A DNA stretch of 64,000 bases from Candidatus Latescibacterota bacterium (GTDB taxonomy: Bacteria > Krumholzibacteriota > Krumholzibacteriia > WVZY01 > JAKEHA01): positions 2,752,001 through 2,816,000 of the forward strand of contig OY970173.1 in assembly GCA_963707635.1 (NCBI GenBank). The letters run 5' to 3'. Position 1 is the stretch's first letter. Every line of letters begins with the position of its first letter. Under the pieces are notes generated by a model. The model was not told the DNA's origin. It saw only the letters and a program-made list of their open reading frames with translations, and did not search any database. Of the stretch, positions 30,272-40,087 are shown one piece after another. A program made the translations under genes and the position numbers.

Positions 30272-31303
30272 ATGCTCGACACCATGACGAACCTGGTAGA
30301 CGACTTTGCATCGGCGGCTCTCGCTTCGCCACACGCGCACAAGGCCGCGGGGGCTCCGAATCGGCGCCGTTCGCGTCCGCCCGCCGCGGGTCCTGTCACC
30401 GATCCACCCCACGGGGCTTCGCCCGCGGGGGCCCCGGATCGGCGCCACCCGCGTCGGGGCTGCATGCTCGTGCTGGCCGCCGTGCTCGTGACGGCTGCCA
30501 GCGGGTGCAGCTCGCTGGGGTTCCTGCCCGGTGTCGGTAACCAGAGCACGTCGGAACGCGTGGACATCAAGTCGGAACAGGTGGTCGACGAGATGACGTC
30601 CGCGCGCGCCCACATGCAGCTCGCACCGCGGGAACCGTACTGGCCGTATCGCATGGGCGAGCTGTACGCCGCGGCGGATTCGGCCGCGCTGGCCGTCAGT
30701 TACTTGAACGCCGCGTTGAGCGTCGACCCGTCGTACGCCCCGGCGGCGGTGTCGCTCTCGCGCATCTACTACGGCGCCAAAATGCACCCGCAGGCCGTGA
30801 CCCTGCTGGACGATTTTCTCGCGCGCGACCCGGCCGCCCCCGACGCGCTGCGCGCGGCGCTGGCACTCCATCTCGAGGCCCTCGGCGAGATCGAGCGCGC
30901 GCAGTCGGTGCTCTCCGCCTGCGCGAACGAGTCCCGCGACGCCTACGTCGCGCGGGCGATGATCGCCCTGCAGGGCAGCGACGCGCCCGCCGCGCTGGCC
31001 GCCGCCAAACAGGCGCTCGACGCGGACAAGAGTGCGGCCAACTACAACAACTACGGGATCGCCCTCCTGTACGCCGGCCGCCCGATCGAGGCGCGCGATG
31101 CATTCGGGAAGGCGCTCGACTTGAACGAACAGCTCCCGGGCGCGCTCTACAACATGGCGATTGTCGAGACATTCTATTTCTTCGACGAGGCCGCCGGGCG
31201 CGAGTGGTTTGCCCGATACAGGCAATACGCGAGCGAGGATCCGGACGGCCTGGCTTCGCGCCTGGGCGCCGACGTGAGCAAGACACAACGGCCCGGCAGC
31301 TAG
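30272..31303 (+). CDS. TPR lipoprotein (GltE-like)
   Basis: Lipobox ASGC; NNYGIAL...ARDAFGKAL...ALYNMAI; true start probably downstream of 30272. Confidence 0.72.
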   Translation: MLDTMTNLVDDFASAALASPHAHKAAGAPNRRRSRPPAAGPVTDPPHGASPAGAPDRRHPRRGCMLVLAAVLVTAASGCSSLGFLPGVGNQSTSERVDIKSEQVVDEMTSARAHMQLAPREPYWPYRMGELYAAADSAALAVSYLNAALSVDPSYAPAAVSLSRIYYGAKMHPQAVTLLDDFLARDPAAPDALRAALALHLEALGEIERAQSVLSACANESRDAYVARAMIALQGSDAPAALAAAKQALDADKSAANYNNYGIALLYAGRPIEARDAFGKALDLNEQLPGALYNMAIVETFYFFDEAAGREWFARYRQYASEDPDGLASRLGADVSKTQRPGS

Positions 31304-31327
31304 CCGGCCCGACCAGGCAGGACGCGA

Positions 31328-31717
31328 ATGAAGCACGCACCGACCCACGGTTTTGATTCACGAGGCCATGCCGGCGCGCGCGCGCCCGTGTGGTTCGTCA
31401 TCGTCGCGCTCTGCGCGGGTGCCGCCGCGGGTCCGCGTCGCGCCGAGGCGGCGGCCGCAACGCAACCGGCGGCCGCGAAAGCGACGCCGGCGGCCATGCA
31501 CAAGGAGACCGTGCGCACGCTCGATGCCGTTCACATCGAGGGCGAGGTCGCGGTGCCGCAGGTTCTGTTCATCACGTCACGGGATGCGCGCCGCTTTCGT
31601 GACGGCCTGGGATCGAAGTACCAGAGGAGCGCTTCGGACATTGCCGGGTTGCTCAGCCCGCCGCAGCGGCTGCGCGTCGTCGCGAAACACGAGTTGAATC
31701 AGGAGGAGGGAAAATGA
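31328..31717 (+). CDS. Small secreted protein (GltF/CglF-like)
   Basis: Signal peptide; LDAVHIEGEVAVPQVLFI motif; lies directly before exbB. Confidence 0.6.
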   Translation: MKHAPTHGFDSRGHAGARAPVWFVIVALCAGAAAGPRRAEAAAATQPAAAKATPAAMHKETVRTLDAVHIEGEVAVPQVLFITSRDARRFRDGLGSKYQRSASDIAGLLSPPQRLRVVAKHELNQEEGK

Positions 31718-32358
31718 ATCCGCTATCCGCTTTCGCTAAGTTCTACCAGGAGGGTGGGCCGTTCATGCACCTTATTCTCGCCACCGGAGTCGCCATACTG
31801 GCGCTCACCGCGGAGAGGTTCTGGGTCATCGGTCGCGCCGCGCGCGTGAACCACGGCAAGCTCACCCGCGACGTGCAGACGCGAATCGCCAAAGGCGACC
31901 TTCCGGCGGCGGTCGATATCTGCCGGCGCGTCAAGGGACCCGTGGCCGCCGTTGCCCAGGCGATCCTCTCGCGCCACAACGCCGATGAGGAGTCGCTCCA
32001 GAACGCGGCGGACGGCGCCGCCACCATCGTGCTGCCGCCGTTGTCGCGCCGTCTGCCCTACCTGAACACGTTGGCCAACGTGGCCACGCTGCTGGGTCTG
32101 CTCGGCACCATTTTCGGCCTCACGACGGCCTTCTCGGCGGTGAGCGCCGCCGACCCTGCGCAGCGTTCGTCGTTCCTTGCGGTGGGGATCGCGCAGGCCC
32201 TGAACACGACCGCGTTCGGACTCATCATCGCCGTGCCGACGCTCATCCTCCACAGCTTTCTGGTGAGCAAGGTGGAAGGCGTCGTCGAGTGCATCGACGA
32301 AGCGAGCGTTCGCTTGATCGACGCCGTGACCCGGAAGGGGTCGGCCAACGCGGCCTAG
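31714..32358 (+). CDS. MotA/TolQ/ExbB proton channel (AglR-like)
   Basis: GGPFM, TLLGLLGTIFGL, GIAQALNTTAFGLIIAVP. Confidence 0.92.
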   Translation: MNPLSAFAKFYQEGGPFMHLILATGVAILALTAERFWVIGRAARVNHGKLTRDVQTRIAKGDLPAAVDICRRVKGPVAAVAQAILSRHNADEESLQNAADGAATIVLPPLSRRLPYLNTLANVATLLGLLGTIFGLTTAFSAVSAADPAQRSSFLAVGIAQALNTTAFGLIIAVPTLILHSFLVSKVEGVVECIDEASVRLIDAVTRKGSANAA

Positions 32359-32394
32359 CGGCCCGACCGGCGGCAGTCTCAGCAGGAGAGAGCC

Positions 32395-32844
32395 ATGCGA
32401 AGCAGCACGCGACGGGGTTACCGTGACATCGTGGCGGACGACATCGAGTTGATGCCGCTCATGAACCTGTTTGTGGCAATGATCCCGATGCTCCTGATCT
32501 CGGCCGTCTTTCTCAACGTGACCGTGATCGACATGAAGGCCCCCCCGGAGGCAGCGGACGCCGGCGCCGGCCAGAAGGACAGCATCGCGCTCGCAATCAC
32601 CATCAAGGAAAACTACTACGTGGTCGAGGGGCGCGGGGTCGAGAAGCGGGTCATCGTGCGCGCCGACGCGGACGCGCAGGAACAGCTCGCGGACGCCCTC
32701 GCCGGCGTGGTCGCCGAGCACCCGGACAACCAAGACGTCATCATCATCTCGGAGCAGGACACGCGGTACGGAGACATCGTCGCGGTCATGGACATCTCGC
32801 GCGATTCCGGTCTGCCCGCGGTGTCGCTCCTCGGCGCCAACTGA
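32395..32844 (+). CDS. ExbD/TolR family protein (TM Asp replaced by Asn)
   Basis: IELMPLMNLFVAMIPMLL; YGDIVAVMDISR. Confidence 0.88.
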   Translation: MRSSTRRGYRDIVADDIELMPLMNLFVAMIPMLLISAVFLNVTVIDMKAPPEAADAGAGQKDSIALAITIKENYYVVEGRGVEKRVIVRADADAQEQLADALAGVVAEHPDNQDVIIISEQDTRYGDIVAVMDISRDSGLPAVSLLGAN

Positions 32845-32862
32845 CAGAAAGTCGGATTACGA

Positions 32863-33354
32863 ATGCGCAGACGAAGACGCCGGCAGATCAAGGTACGCAG
32901 CGTGCATACGCCGTTGCGATTGACCTCCATGATGGACATTCTCACGACGCTCTTGCTGTTCCTCCTCAAGAGCTTCGTCGTGGAAGGCGAAGTCATCGCC
33001 CCGGTTCCCGGCGTTGATCTACCCGAGTCGTCCAGCACGACCGCGCCGCAGGCGTCGATCGTCGTGGCGATCTTCGACGACACGATCATGATGGACGGCG
33101 AAGTGGTGGCGCGGGTGTCGAAGGCGGGCGCGTCCGGCAACCTGCTCATCAGCCCGCTCGCAAGGCGGCTGGACCACGCCCGGGAGACGGCCACCGAGAT
33201 CGCACGCCTGCGGGGCGGCGACGAGGTGTTTCAGGGCAAGGTTTCGATCCAGGGCGATCGCGAGATCCCCTTCGCGATCCTCCAGCGCGTCATGTACACC
33301 TGCAGCGCGAGCGGTTACGAAGAAATCTCGCTCGCCGTGATCGGGAAGTCATAA
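32863..33354 (+). CDS. ExbD/TolR family protein (AglS-like)
   Basis: LRLTSMMDILTTLLLFLL; DLPES; IQGDREIPF..LQRVMYT. Confidence 0.88.
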   Translation: MRRRRRRQIKVRSVHTPLRLTSMMDILTTLLLFLLKSFVVEGEVIAPVPGVDLPESSSTTAPQASIVVAIFDDTIMMDGEVVARVSKAGASGNLLISPLARRLDHARETATEIARLRGGDEVFQGKVSIQGDREIPFAILQRVMYTCSASGYEEISLAVIGKS

Positions 33355-34343
33355 TGCCGGCCGGAAGCCTCTCGCAGTACCAGCAGCCCCTGTGGGGGCC
33401 CGTCGATCGCACGCTCCGCAACTGTTTCATCGGCGCCTCTATCCTCGGCTTGCTGGTTCTGATCGTGGCGCTGGTGGCACCCGTGCTGCCCACCCGGCCC
33501 ATGACGGTGGAAGACGTTCCAGAGCGCATCGCGCGCCTGATCCTCGAGAAGCCCAAGGCGCCGGCGGCGAAAGCACCCGAATCCGTGGCCCTCGCCCCGA
33601 AGGTGGAACCGAAGGCGGACGCCCCGCCCAAGGTCGAACCCAAACCCATGCCCAAACGCGCGCCTGCACAGCCGCGCGTGTCTCCGGACAAGGGCGTCCA
33701 GGGTCGGCTGAAAGCCAGACAGGAAGTCACGCAAAACGTCGCGCAGGTCACCGGCTCGCTCGACAGGGTGCTCGACAACCTCTCGAAATCGCTGCCCGCA
33801 GCCACGAAGCCTTCCGGTGGCGGCGACACCGCCCGGCACCGCCGCTCGGTGCGCAGCGGACGATCGGGCAACCAGATTGCCTCGGTGGGTGGGGTGTCGA
33901 GTCTTTCGTCGGCGGACGTTGCCGGGTCCGCCATCGAGAGCAAGGGAATCAGCATCGCGGCCATCGCCGATCTCGACGTGCAGGGTGGAGGCGGCGCACC
34001 CGACGGCACGCCCGGCGCGCGCCCTTCCGCCCCTTCGAGCGGGCGCAACGACTACCGAAGCAACGAATCCCTCCTGGGCGTGATACGCCGTTACGCTCCG
34101 GGGATACAGTTCTGCTACGACAACGAGCTCAAGCGCAACCCCGGGCTGCGCGGCAAACTCGTGGTCAGCATGATCGTGCTGGCGAACGGCACGGTCAGCG
34201 AAGCCACCATCGTCGAAGACAGTTTGAAATCGCCCTCCGTCCGGGAGTGCGTGCTCGCGCAGATTCGGGGATGGCAATTCCCCGCCATTCCGTCCGGGAG
34301 CACGAGCTTCAAGACCCCGTTCGTGTTCACACCGCCCAACTAA
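33354..34343 (+). CDS. TonB-like protein with AgmX/PglI-type C-terminal domain (GltG-like)
   Basis: N-terminal TM, Pro/Lys-rich spacer, IQFCYDNELKRNPGLRGKLVV...CV...IRGWQFP. Confidence 0.85.
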   Translation: MPAGSLSQYQQPLWGPVDRTLRNCFIGASILGLLVLIVALVAPVLPTRPMTVEDVPERIARLILEKPKAPAAKAPESVALAPKVEPKADAPPKVEPKPMPKRAPAQPRVSPDKGVQGRLKARQEVTQNVAQVTGSLDRVLDNLSKSLPAATKPSGGGDTARHRRSVRSGRSGNQIASVGGVSSLSSADVAGSAIESKGISIAAIADLDVQGGGGAPDGTPGARPSAPSSGRNDYRSNESLLGVIRRYAPGIQFCYDNELKRNPGLRGKLVVSMIVLANGTVSEATIVEDSLKSPSVRECVLAQIRGWQFPAIPSGSTSFKTPFVFTPPN

Positions 34344-34538
34344 CGCGTCCTGCGCGACCACGCTGCCGCACAAGCCCGTGCGCTCCCCGGCGCCCGGGTA
34401 GCTTTCCGAATTGCGCAGCGTCAGTCACCCGTGGTATGAATAGCGGTTATTAGGGTCGGATCATCCGTTGCCGCACGGCCGACCCACGCCAACCACGATT
34501 CCATCGATAACCGGCTGCAAGAAATGAGGAACTCCCCG

Positions 34539-34931
34539 ATGAGACAGCGAGTGTGGAGACTGGTCGTGCTGTGGATCGCCTGCGCCGTGCCCGACCTCGC
34601 GGTCGCACAGTCCGCAACCGAACACGCGAGCGCACCGATCGATCAGTGGTCGATGCTGTTCGTGTTCGTGCTGGCGACGTTCGTCGGCCTGGGTGTGATC
34701 GTCCGGGTGTCGCGCCTGCTGCACACGCCGCTCATGTCCATCACCAACGCCATTTCGGCCATCGCGGTGGTCGGCTCGATCATCGTCACGGGCTCCGACT
34801 ACCCGCGCAACATCCGCATCCTGGGCGCCATCGCGTTGTTCGCGTCCATGACCAACATCGTCAGCGGCTTCCTGATCACGGAGCGCATGCTGAAGATGTT
34901 CAAGACCACCGGTGAGGGGGGCAAGAAATGA
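34539..34931 (+). CDS. pntA: NAD(P) transhydrogenase subunit alpha part 2 (membrane)
   Basis: LHTPLMSITNAIS, NIVSGFLITERMLKMF; GAGGA RBS before ATG 34539. Confidence 0.9.
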   Translation: MRQRVWRLVVLWIACAVPDLAVAQSATEHASAPIDQWSMLFVFVLATFVGLGVIVRVSRLLHTPLMSITNAISAIAVVGSIIVTGSDYPRNIRILGAIALFASMTNIVSGFLITERMLKMFKTTGEGGKK

Positions 34932-36331
34932 CGCACGCCATCGTCCAGCTGGCCTATCTCGCGGCGACGGTGCTGTTCGTCCTTTCGCTCAGCTGGATGA
35001 GCCACCCCAGGACGGCGCGGCGGAGCGTGCGCGCCGGTGTGGCCGCGATGCTGCTCGCCGTGGTGGCGACGTGGATCCAGCCCGAGATCATCAACGACGG
35101 GTGGATCATCCTGGCCATCATCGCGGGCTTCGTCGTGGGGGTTCCGCTCTCCCGCGTGCCGCTCACGGCGGTGCCGCAGCGAACCGCGCTCTCGCACGCG
35201 TTCGGCGGCCTGGCCGCCGGGCTGGTCGGAACCGCGAAGTACTACCTGTGGTCCAGTCATAGTCCCGAAGAACTCACCACCTTTCGGATGATCGCCATCG
35301 TGGCCGAGGTCATTCTCGGGTTCCTGACCCTGACCGGGAGTCTGATGGCGGCCGGGAAGCTGCAGGAAGTGAAATGGATCCCGCAGCGGCCCGTCACCTA
35401 CCCGGGTCAGAATTTCGTCAACCTCGGTTTGCTGGCGATCGCGGTGGTGATCGGCGCCGTGCTCGTGTTCCAGCCGCTCGGCCCGTATTCCCAGTTCATG
35501 TTCCCCGCGATCATCGTGCTCGCGCTCGCGTTCGGCGTGATGCTGGTGATCCCGATCGGCGGCGCCGACATGCCGACTGTCATCTCGATCCTGAATTCCT
35601 ACGCGGGGCTCTCCGCGGTGGCGATGGGCTTCGTGCTGGACAACAAGCTCCTGATCACCGCCGGGGCGCTGGACGGGTCCAGCGGTCTCATCCTGTCCAT
35701 CATCATGTGCCGCGCGATGAACCGCTCGTTCGCGAACGTCCTCTTCGGCGCGTTCGGAAAGGTGCAGGCGCGCGCCGCCGCGGGAGAAGAGAAGGTCTAC
35801 AAGCCCGAGACGGTCGAGGGCGCCGCCCAGGTGCTCGAGCAGGCGAGCCTGGTCGTCATCATTCCCGGTTATGGGATGGCGGTGGCGCAGGCCCAGCACC
35901 GCGTCCACGAGCTGGCCGAACAGCTCCACAAGCGCGGGATCACGGTCAAGTTCGCGATCCACCCCGTCGCGGGGCGCATGCCCGGGCACATGAACGTGCT
36001 CTTGGCCGAGGCCAACGTCCCGTACAGCGACCTGGTGGAGATGGACGACATCAACGCCGACATGGCGCAGTGCGACGTGGCGCTGGTGATCGGCGCCAAC
36101 GACGTCGTCAACCCGGCCGCGCGTTACGACAAGTCGAGCCCGATCTACGGCATGCCGATCATCGACGCCGACAAGGCCAAGACCATCTACGCCATCAAGC
36201 GCAGCAAGAACCCGGGTTTCGCCGGCATCGACAACGAGCTCTACTTCAACGACAAGACGTTCATGCTCTTCGGCGATGCCAAGGTGGTGGTGGGCGAGCT
36301 GGTGAAGCAGCTGGCGGGCGGCGGCCACTAG
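34928..36331 (+). CDS. pntB: NAD(P) transhydrogenase subunit beta
   Basis: IGGADMP, NSYAG, AMNRS, PGYGMAVAQAQH, HPVAGRMPGHMNVLLAEA. Confidence 0.96.
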   Translation: MTHAIVQLAYLAATVLFVLSLSWMSHPRTARRSVRAGVAAMLLAVVATWIQPEIINDGWIILAIIAGFVVGVPLSRVPLTAVPQRTALSHAFGGLAAGLVGTAKYYLWSSHSPEELTTFRMIAIVAEVILGFLTLTGSLMAAGKLQEVKWIPQRPVTYPGQNFVNLGLLAIAVVIGAVLVFQPLGPYSQFMFPAIIVLALAFGVMLVIPIGGADMPTVISILNSYAGLSAVAMGFVLDNKLLITAGALDGSSGLILSIIMCRAMNRSFANVLFGAFGKVQARAAAGEEKVYKPETVEGAAQVLEQASLVVIIPGYGMAVAQAQHRVHELAEQLHKRGITVKFAIHPVAGRMPGHMNVLLAEANVPYSDLVEMDDINADMAQCDVALVIGANDVVNPAARYDKSSPIYGMPIIDADKAKTIYAIKRSKNPGFAGIDNELYFNDKTFMLFGDAKVVVGELVKQLAGGGH

Positions 36332-36345
36332 GCTGCGGGACCGGG

Positions 36346-38935
36346 CTACTTGATGACGGTGAGCTTGACGGTGCGCACGCCCGCGTCGCCGGCGGCCCGG
36401 AGGAAATAGGTTCCGCTGGCTACGGGTTCGCCGGCATCGTTGCGCCCGTCCCAGACGAGCGACCGCGACGCGGCGCGCAGCGGGGCGTCCCAGAGCAGCC
36501 GCACGCGCCGGCCCGACACGTCGAAGACGGCCACGCGCATGCGCGCGCCGGCCCCGGCCTGGACGCGAATCGTCGTCGTCGGATTGAACGGGTTGGGGTA
36601 GGCCGAAATCGCGAGCTCTGCGCGCGGCGTCTCATCGCCCACCGCCGTCGTCCCCACCGGCACCACGTACCCGTCGCGGACCACGAACCCGAGCACCTGC
36701 TCATCATGGAGAACCTGGGTGATTCCGGAGTCCAAGAACCGGAAGTCCGCGTCCTCGCGATCCAGATGGATCGTGGATCCCGACACTTCGCAGGTCGCCG
36801 TTCCGCCGGTGATGGTCGCGTAGTCGGTTCCCCCGACGGCGAGCGAGCTCACCCCTGCCGCGAGATAGCCCGACACCGCACCGGAGGCCTCGCGCACCCA
36901 CGTCACGAGCGCGTCGGTCTCGATGTCGCCGTACGCCGCGCTCACGCCGGAATCGTTGCGGACGAACTGGTCGACGATCCCCCCGCTCCATTCGATGCGG
37001 CACGCGTACCCCCACGGGTAGGATGCGTTCGTCACATTCGGCGCCGGCGCGGTGTTCTCGCGCGGCAGCAGGAGAAATGAATATCGCGGGTTGACCGCGG
37101 TGCGCGTCACGCGCAGCACGGTGGAGTTGGGATCGAGGGTGTCGTTTTCGAACGGCTGCGTCGCGATCGACACCGAATCCAGCGGCGGATTGAGGAGGTG
37201 AACGTCCATTGTTGCGAGCGAACCCGCGATGGTGATCGGGTTTGCCGCGGCGTTGATCGTATTATTGAAATGCGTGTGCATGCGCCATTCGTACGTGTGG
37301 GGGGCGTCGTCCTTGTCGATGTCGTCCATGACCACGAAATAGGGCGCCATGGACTCCCCGTGCGCGACCAGGACGCGTCGCAACGCAAACTGCACCGGGT
37401 TCGCCCCCGAGTATCCCCAGGACCAGTCGGTGCCCGGGAACGGCTGGCCGGGCGCGTTGAACTCGCTGTAGGTGCCGTAGGCGGCGGTGGCGTCCCCGAC
37501 CAGGTAGTCGGCGGTGCCACCCAGGAGGTGTTCGGCGATCCGGCCGTCGGTGCCGATGGATGCGCCGGCGTTGTGCTGTCCCTGGCCGTCGATGAGCACC
37601 ATATTGTGCGACTCGCTCTCCTTCGCGGTCGAACCGGAGCCGTGGTCGATGGCGAATTTCTCGCCGTACGCGTACAGGGCAAACTGATTCTGATCCTCCT
37701 GCGCGTGACCGCCCTGGATACTTGCCCGAGTAGAAGCAAAACACGACGTCTCGGGAATTCGCGCCCGACTGCCAGCCGGTGCGGAAATGGTACAGCCCGC
37801 GCTGGAGCCACACCCGGTGCAGCGGCAGCACGGTGCCGGGCGGGACCAGCGGAACGCTTCGGTGCCACAGGACCCGCGCCACCTTGTCCGACTCGGTGCC
37901 GAAATCCACGCCGTACGCGCCGACGACATGCTCCCAGAGCCACGCCGAGAGGCCGCTGCCCCACTGGTGGATCGCCCAGTCCAGGTACGCCTCGTTGCGC
38001 GCAAACGGCGTCGTCCAATACGACGAATCGTTGAGGTTGTGGGACCGCCCCGATCCTTCGGGCAACAGCTCGTACGCGAGCCATTCCTCGAGGGCGCGCA
38101 GCCGCGGGTTGTCGCCGAGCTCGTGCCCATCGAAGCGCTGGCGCGCGTCGAAGTAGTAGACCAGGTTCATCGTGGTCCAGAGCGAATACAGACCTCCCTC
38201 GTTGTAGGCGCCGCCGGGGTCGAACTGGTACAGGAAGAGGTTGTCGACGATTCGATCCGCCATGGCCATCGCGTCGGAAAGCAGCGACGCGTCGGCCTCG
38301 CCCTGCAGCGCGATCGCCGCCAGCCCCAGCGCCGCGCCGAACATCGCGCTGTGGTTAGCGAGATAGGGCCGGTACTCGAACTGCTGGTATGCGGTGTACC
38401 AGGTCATCCTCTGGATATACAGCACCATCTCGTCGCGAATGCGCGCACGTTCGGTCTCGGTGGCGTCTGCAAAGAACATGTCATACCCGAGCGCGAGCGC
38501 CCGCAGCCGCATGCCCGAGCCGGCTTCGTCGAAGTCGGGGCCATACGTGTCCAGGATGTAGGTCGTCAGCATCTTGCCGAATGCCTTCGCGACGCTGTCC
38601 GCGGGGGACTCGACGTACCCCACCAGACCGGAGGCGGGAATCGACTGCAGGCCGTACCACTGCCCCAGCGTGAATCCGATGGGCTGCGACGGCCAGACCA
38701 GCTTCACCCAGGTGCGGAGATACAGGTACGCGGCGTCATCGGGCCCACCGTCCTGTATTTTCGACCGCAGCGCCGGAATCTCGGCGGGCGTGAACAGCAG
38801 GCGCGGGTGATGCGCGTGGTAGAGCGAGTCGGACAGGACGGGCTGCGACGACGACCGCCGGGTGTCGACCGCCAGCAGTCCCAGCAGAATCAACAACGGC
38901 AGTGCGTATCCTCGGGTGCGCGGCACGGGCTTCAT
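36346..38935 (-). pseudogene. Heparinase II/III-like polysaccharide lyase with FlgD-Ig CTD; frameshift near 37716 (pseudogene or assembly error)
   Basis: N-half: signal peptide, HPRLLF, NH, GAYNEGGLY, FRTGW; after one extra base continues GGHAQEDQNQFALY...SHNMVLIDG...AYPNPFNP. Confidence 0.75.
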
Positions 38936-38974
38936 TATACTCGATGCGCCGCGCGCCGTGGCGGCAGCCCGCGG

Positions 38975-39004
38975 TTGCCCATGCATGCGAACCCGTGCTA
39001 CAAT
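38975..39004 (+). promoter_or_regulatory. sigma70-type promoter candidate
   Basis: TTGCCC-18 nt-TACAAT with extended TG, about 40 nt before TTG 39044. Confidence 0.45.
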
Positions 39005-39043
39005 CGCAACTTGGACGCCATTCATCGCGCGGAGTCAGGCGGT

Positions 39044-40087
39044 TTGTCCACGCATCTGCCAGGGAACCAGACGACCCGAGTCAAACTCGCATTCGTGGGC
39101 TGCGGAGCCATCACCCGCCAGGAGCACCTGCCGGCGGGGTTGCGGTCTCCGTTGGTGCACGTGTCGGCGCTGGTCGATTCGCAACTGGAGAGTGCGAAGG
39201 CGGTGGCGCGCATGTATGGGCTCGACACCGCGGTCGCGAGCGATGTTTCCGAGATCCTGGACCGGGCGCAGGGATTCGTCCTCGCCACCCCCAACGATAC
39301 GCACCACCCCATCGCCAGGCAAATCCTCGACCGCGGCAAACCGCTCCTGATCGAGAAGCCGATCACCACCACCTATCGCGACGCGCTGGAGCTGTGCGAG
39401 CTCGCCGACCGCCGCGGCACATTCATCTCCGTGGGCTACCGGTATCGATTCTTTCCCAGCGCGCGGCTCCTGAAAGACCTCCTCGACGACGGCTACTTCG
39501 GTCGGGTGTCGTCCTTCCGCTGCGAGATGGGTTCCCGCGGCGGGTGGGCGCCGCTGTCCGGATACAACCTCGACCGCGCCCGCTCGGGCGGCGGGGTCCT
39601 CGTCGTCAACGGCACCCACTTCCTCGACCTGGCGTTCTACTGGTTCGGCGAACCGGTGTCGTTCCGCTACCAGGACGACAACTATGGAAACGTGGAGGCG
39701 AACTGCAAAGGAGCCTGGTGCTATTCCGGCGCCCGCGGCGCGTTCGAAGGGAGCTTCTTCTTCTCCAAGTCGATCGCGCTCGCGAACCGCTTCGTCATCG
39801 AGACGGAAAACGGCCGGGTGGTGTGGTCGCCCGCCAACGCCGAATCCATCACCGTGGTCGACAAGCGACGCCCGGACCTCACCTCACAGTTGTCCGCGGC
39901 GCGCCGCTCGAACGAGCCGGCCGATTCCTTCCGCGACCAGCTGGAAGAGTTCTGCCGCAACATCGACCGCCCCGGCACCATCACCAGCGACGGACGCAGC
40001 GGAGCGAAGTCCATCAAGCTCATCGAAGAGATGTACGCGAGCGCGACGCGCCTCTCCGAGGACTGGCTGACCTACAAGAAACGATGA
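39044..40087 (+). CDS. Gfo/Idh/MocA family oxidoreductase
   Basis: AFVGCGAI, ATPNDTH, LIEKP, GGGVL..GTHFLD; TTG start with GGAG upstream. Confidence 0.88.
   Translation: MSTHLPGNQTTRVKLAFVGCGAITRQEHLPAGLRSPLVHVSALVDSQLESAKAVARMYGLDTAVASDVSEILDRAQGFVLATPNDTHHPIARQILDRGKPLLIEKPITTTYRDALELCELADRRGTFISVGYRYRFFPSARLLKDLLDDGYFGRVSSFRCEMGSRGGWAPLSGYNLDRARSGGGVLVVNGTHFLDLAFYWFGEPVSFRYQDDNYGNVEANCKGAWCYSGARGAFEGSFFFSKSIALANRFVIETENGRVVWSPANAESITVVDKRRPDLTSQLSAARRSNEPADSFRDQLEEFCRNIDRPGTITSDGRSGAKSIKLIEEMYASATRLSEDWLTYKKR

Noticed and set aside
25261..34343. Definitive gliding-motility call with glt/agl gene symbols
   Set aside because: Similarity was judged from motifs and gene order only, and the cytoplasmic coupling components are absent
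37787..39043. Long N-terminal extensions of the Gfo/Idh/MocA and epimerase ORFs in the track
   Set aside because: They overlap other genes; family motifs start only at 39044 and 40084
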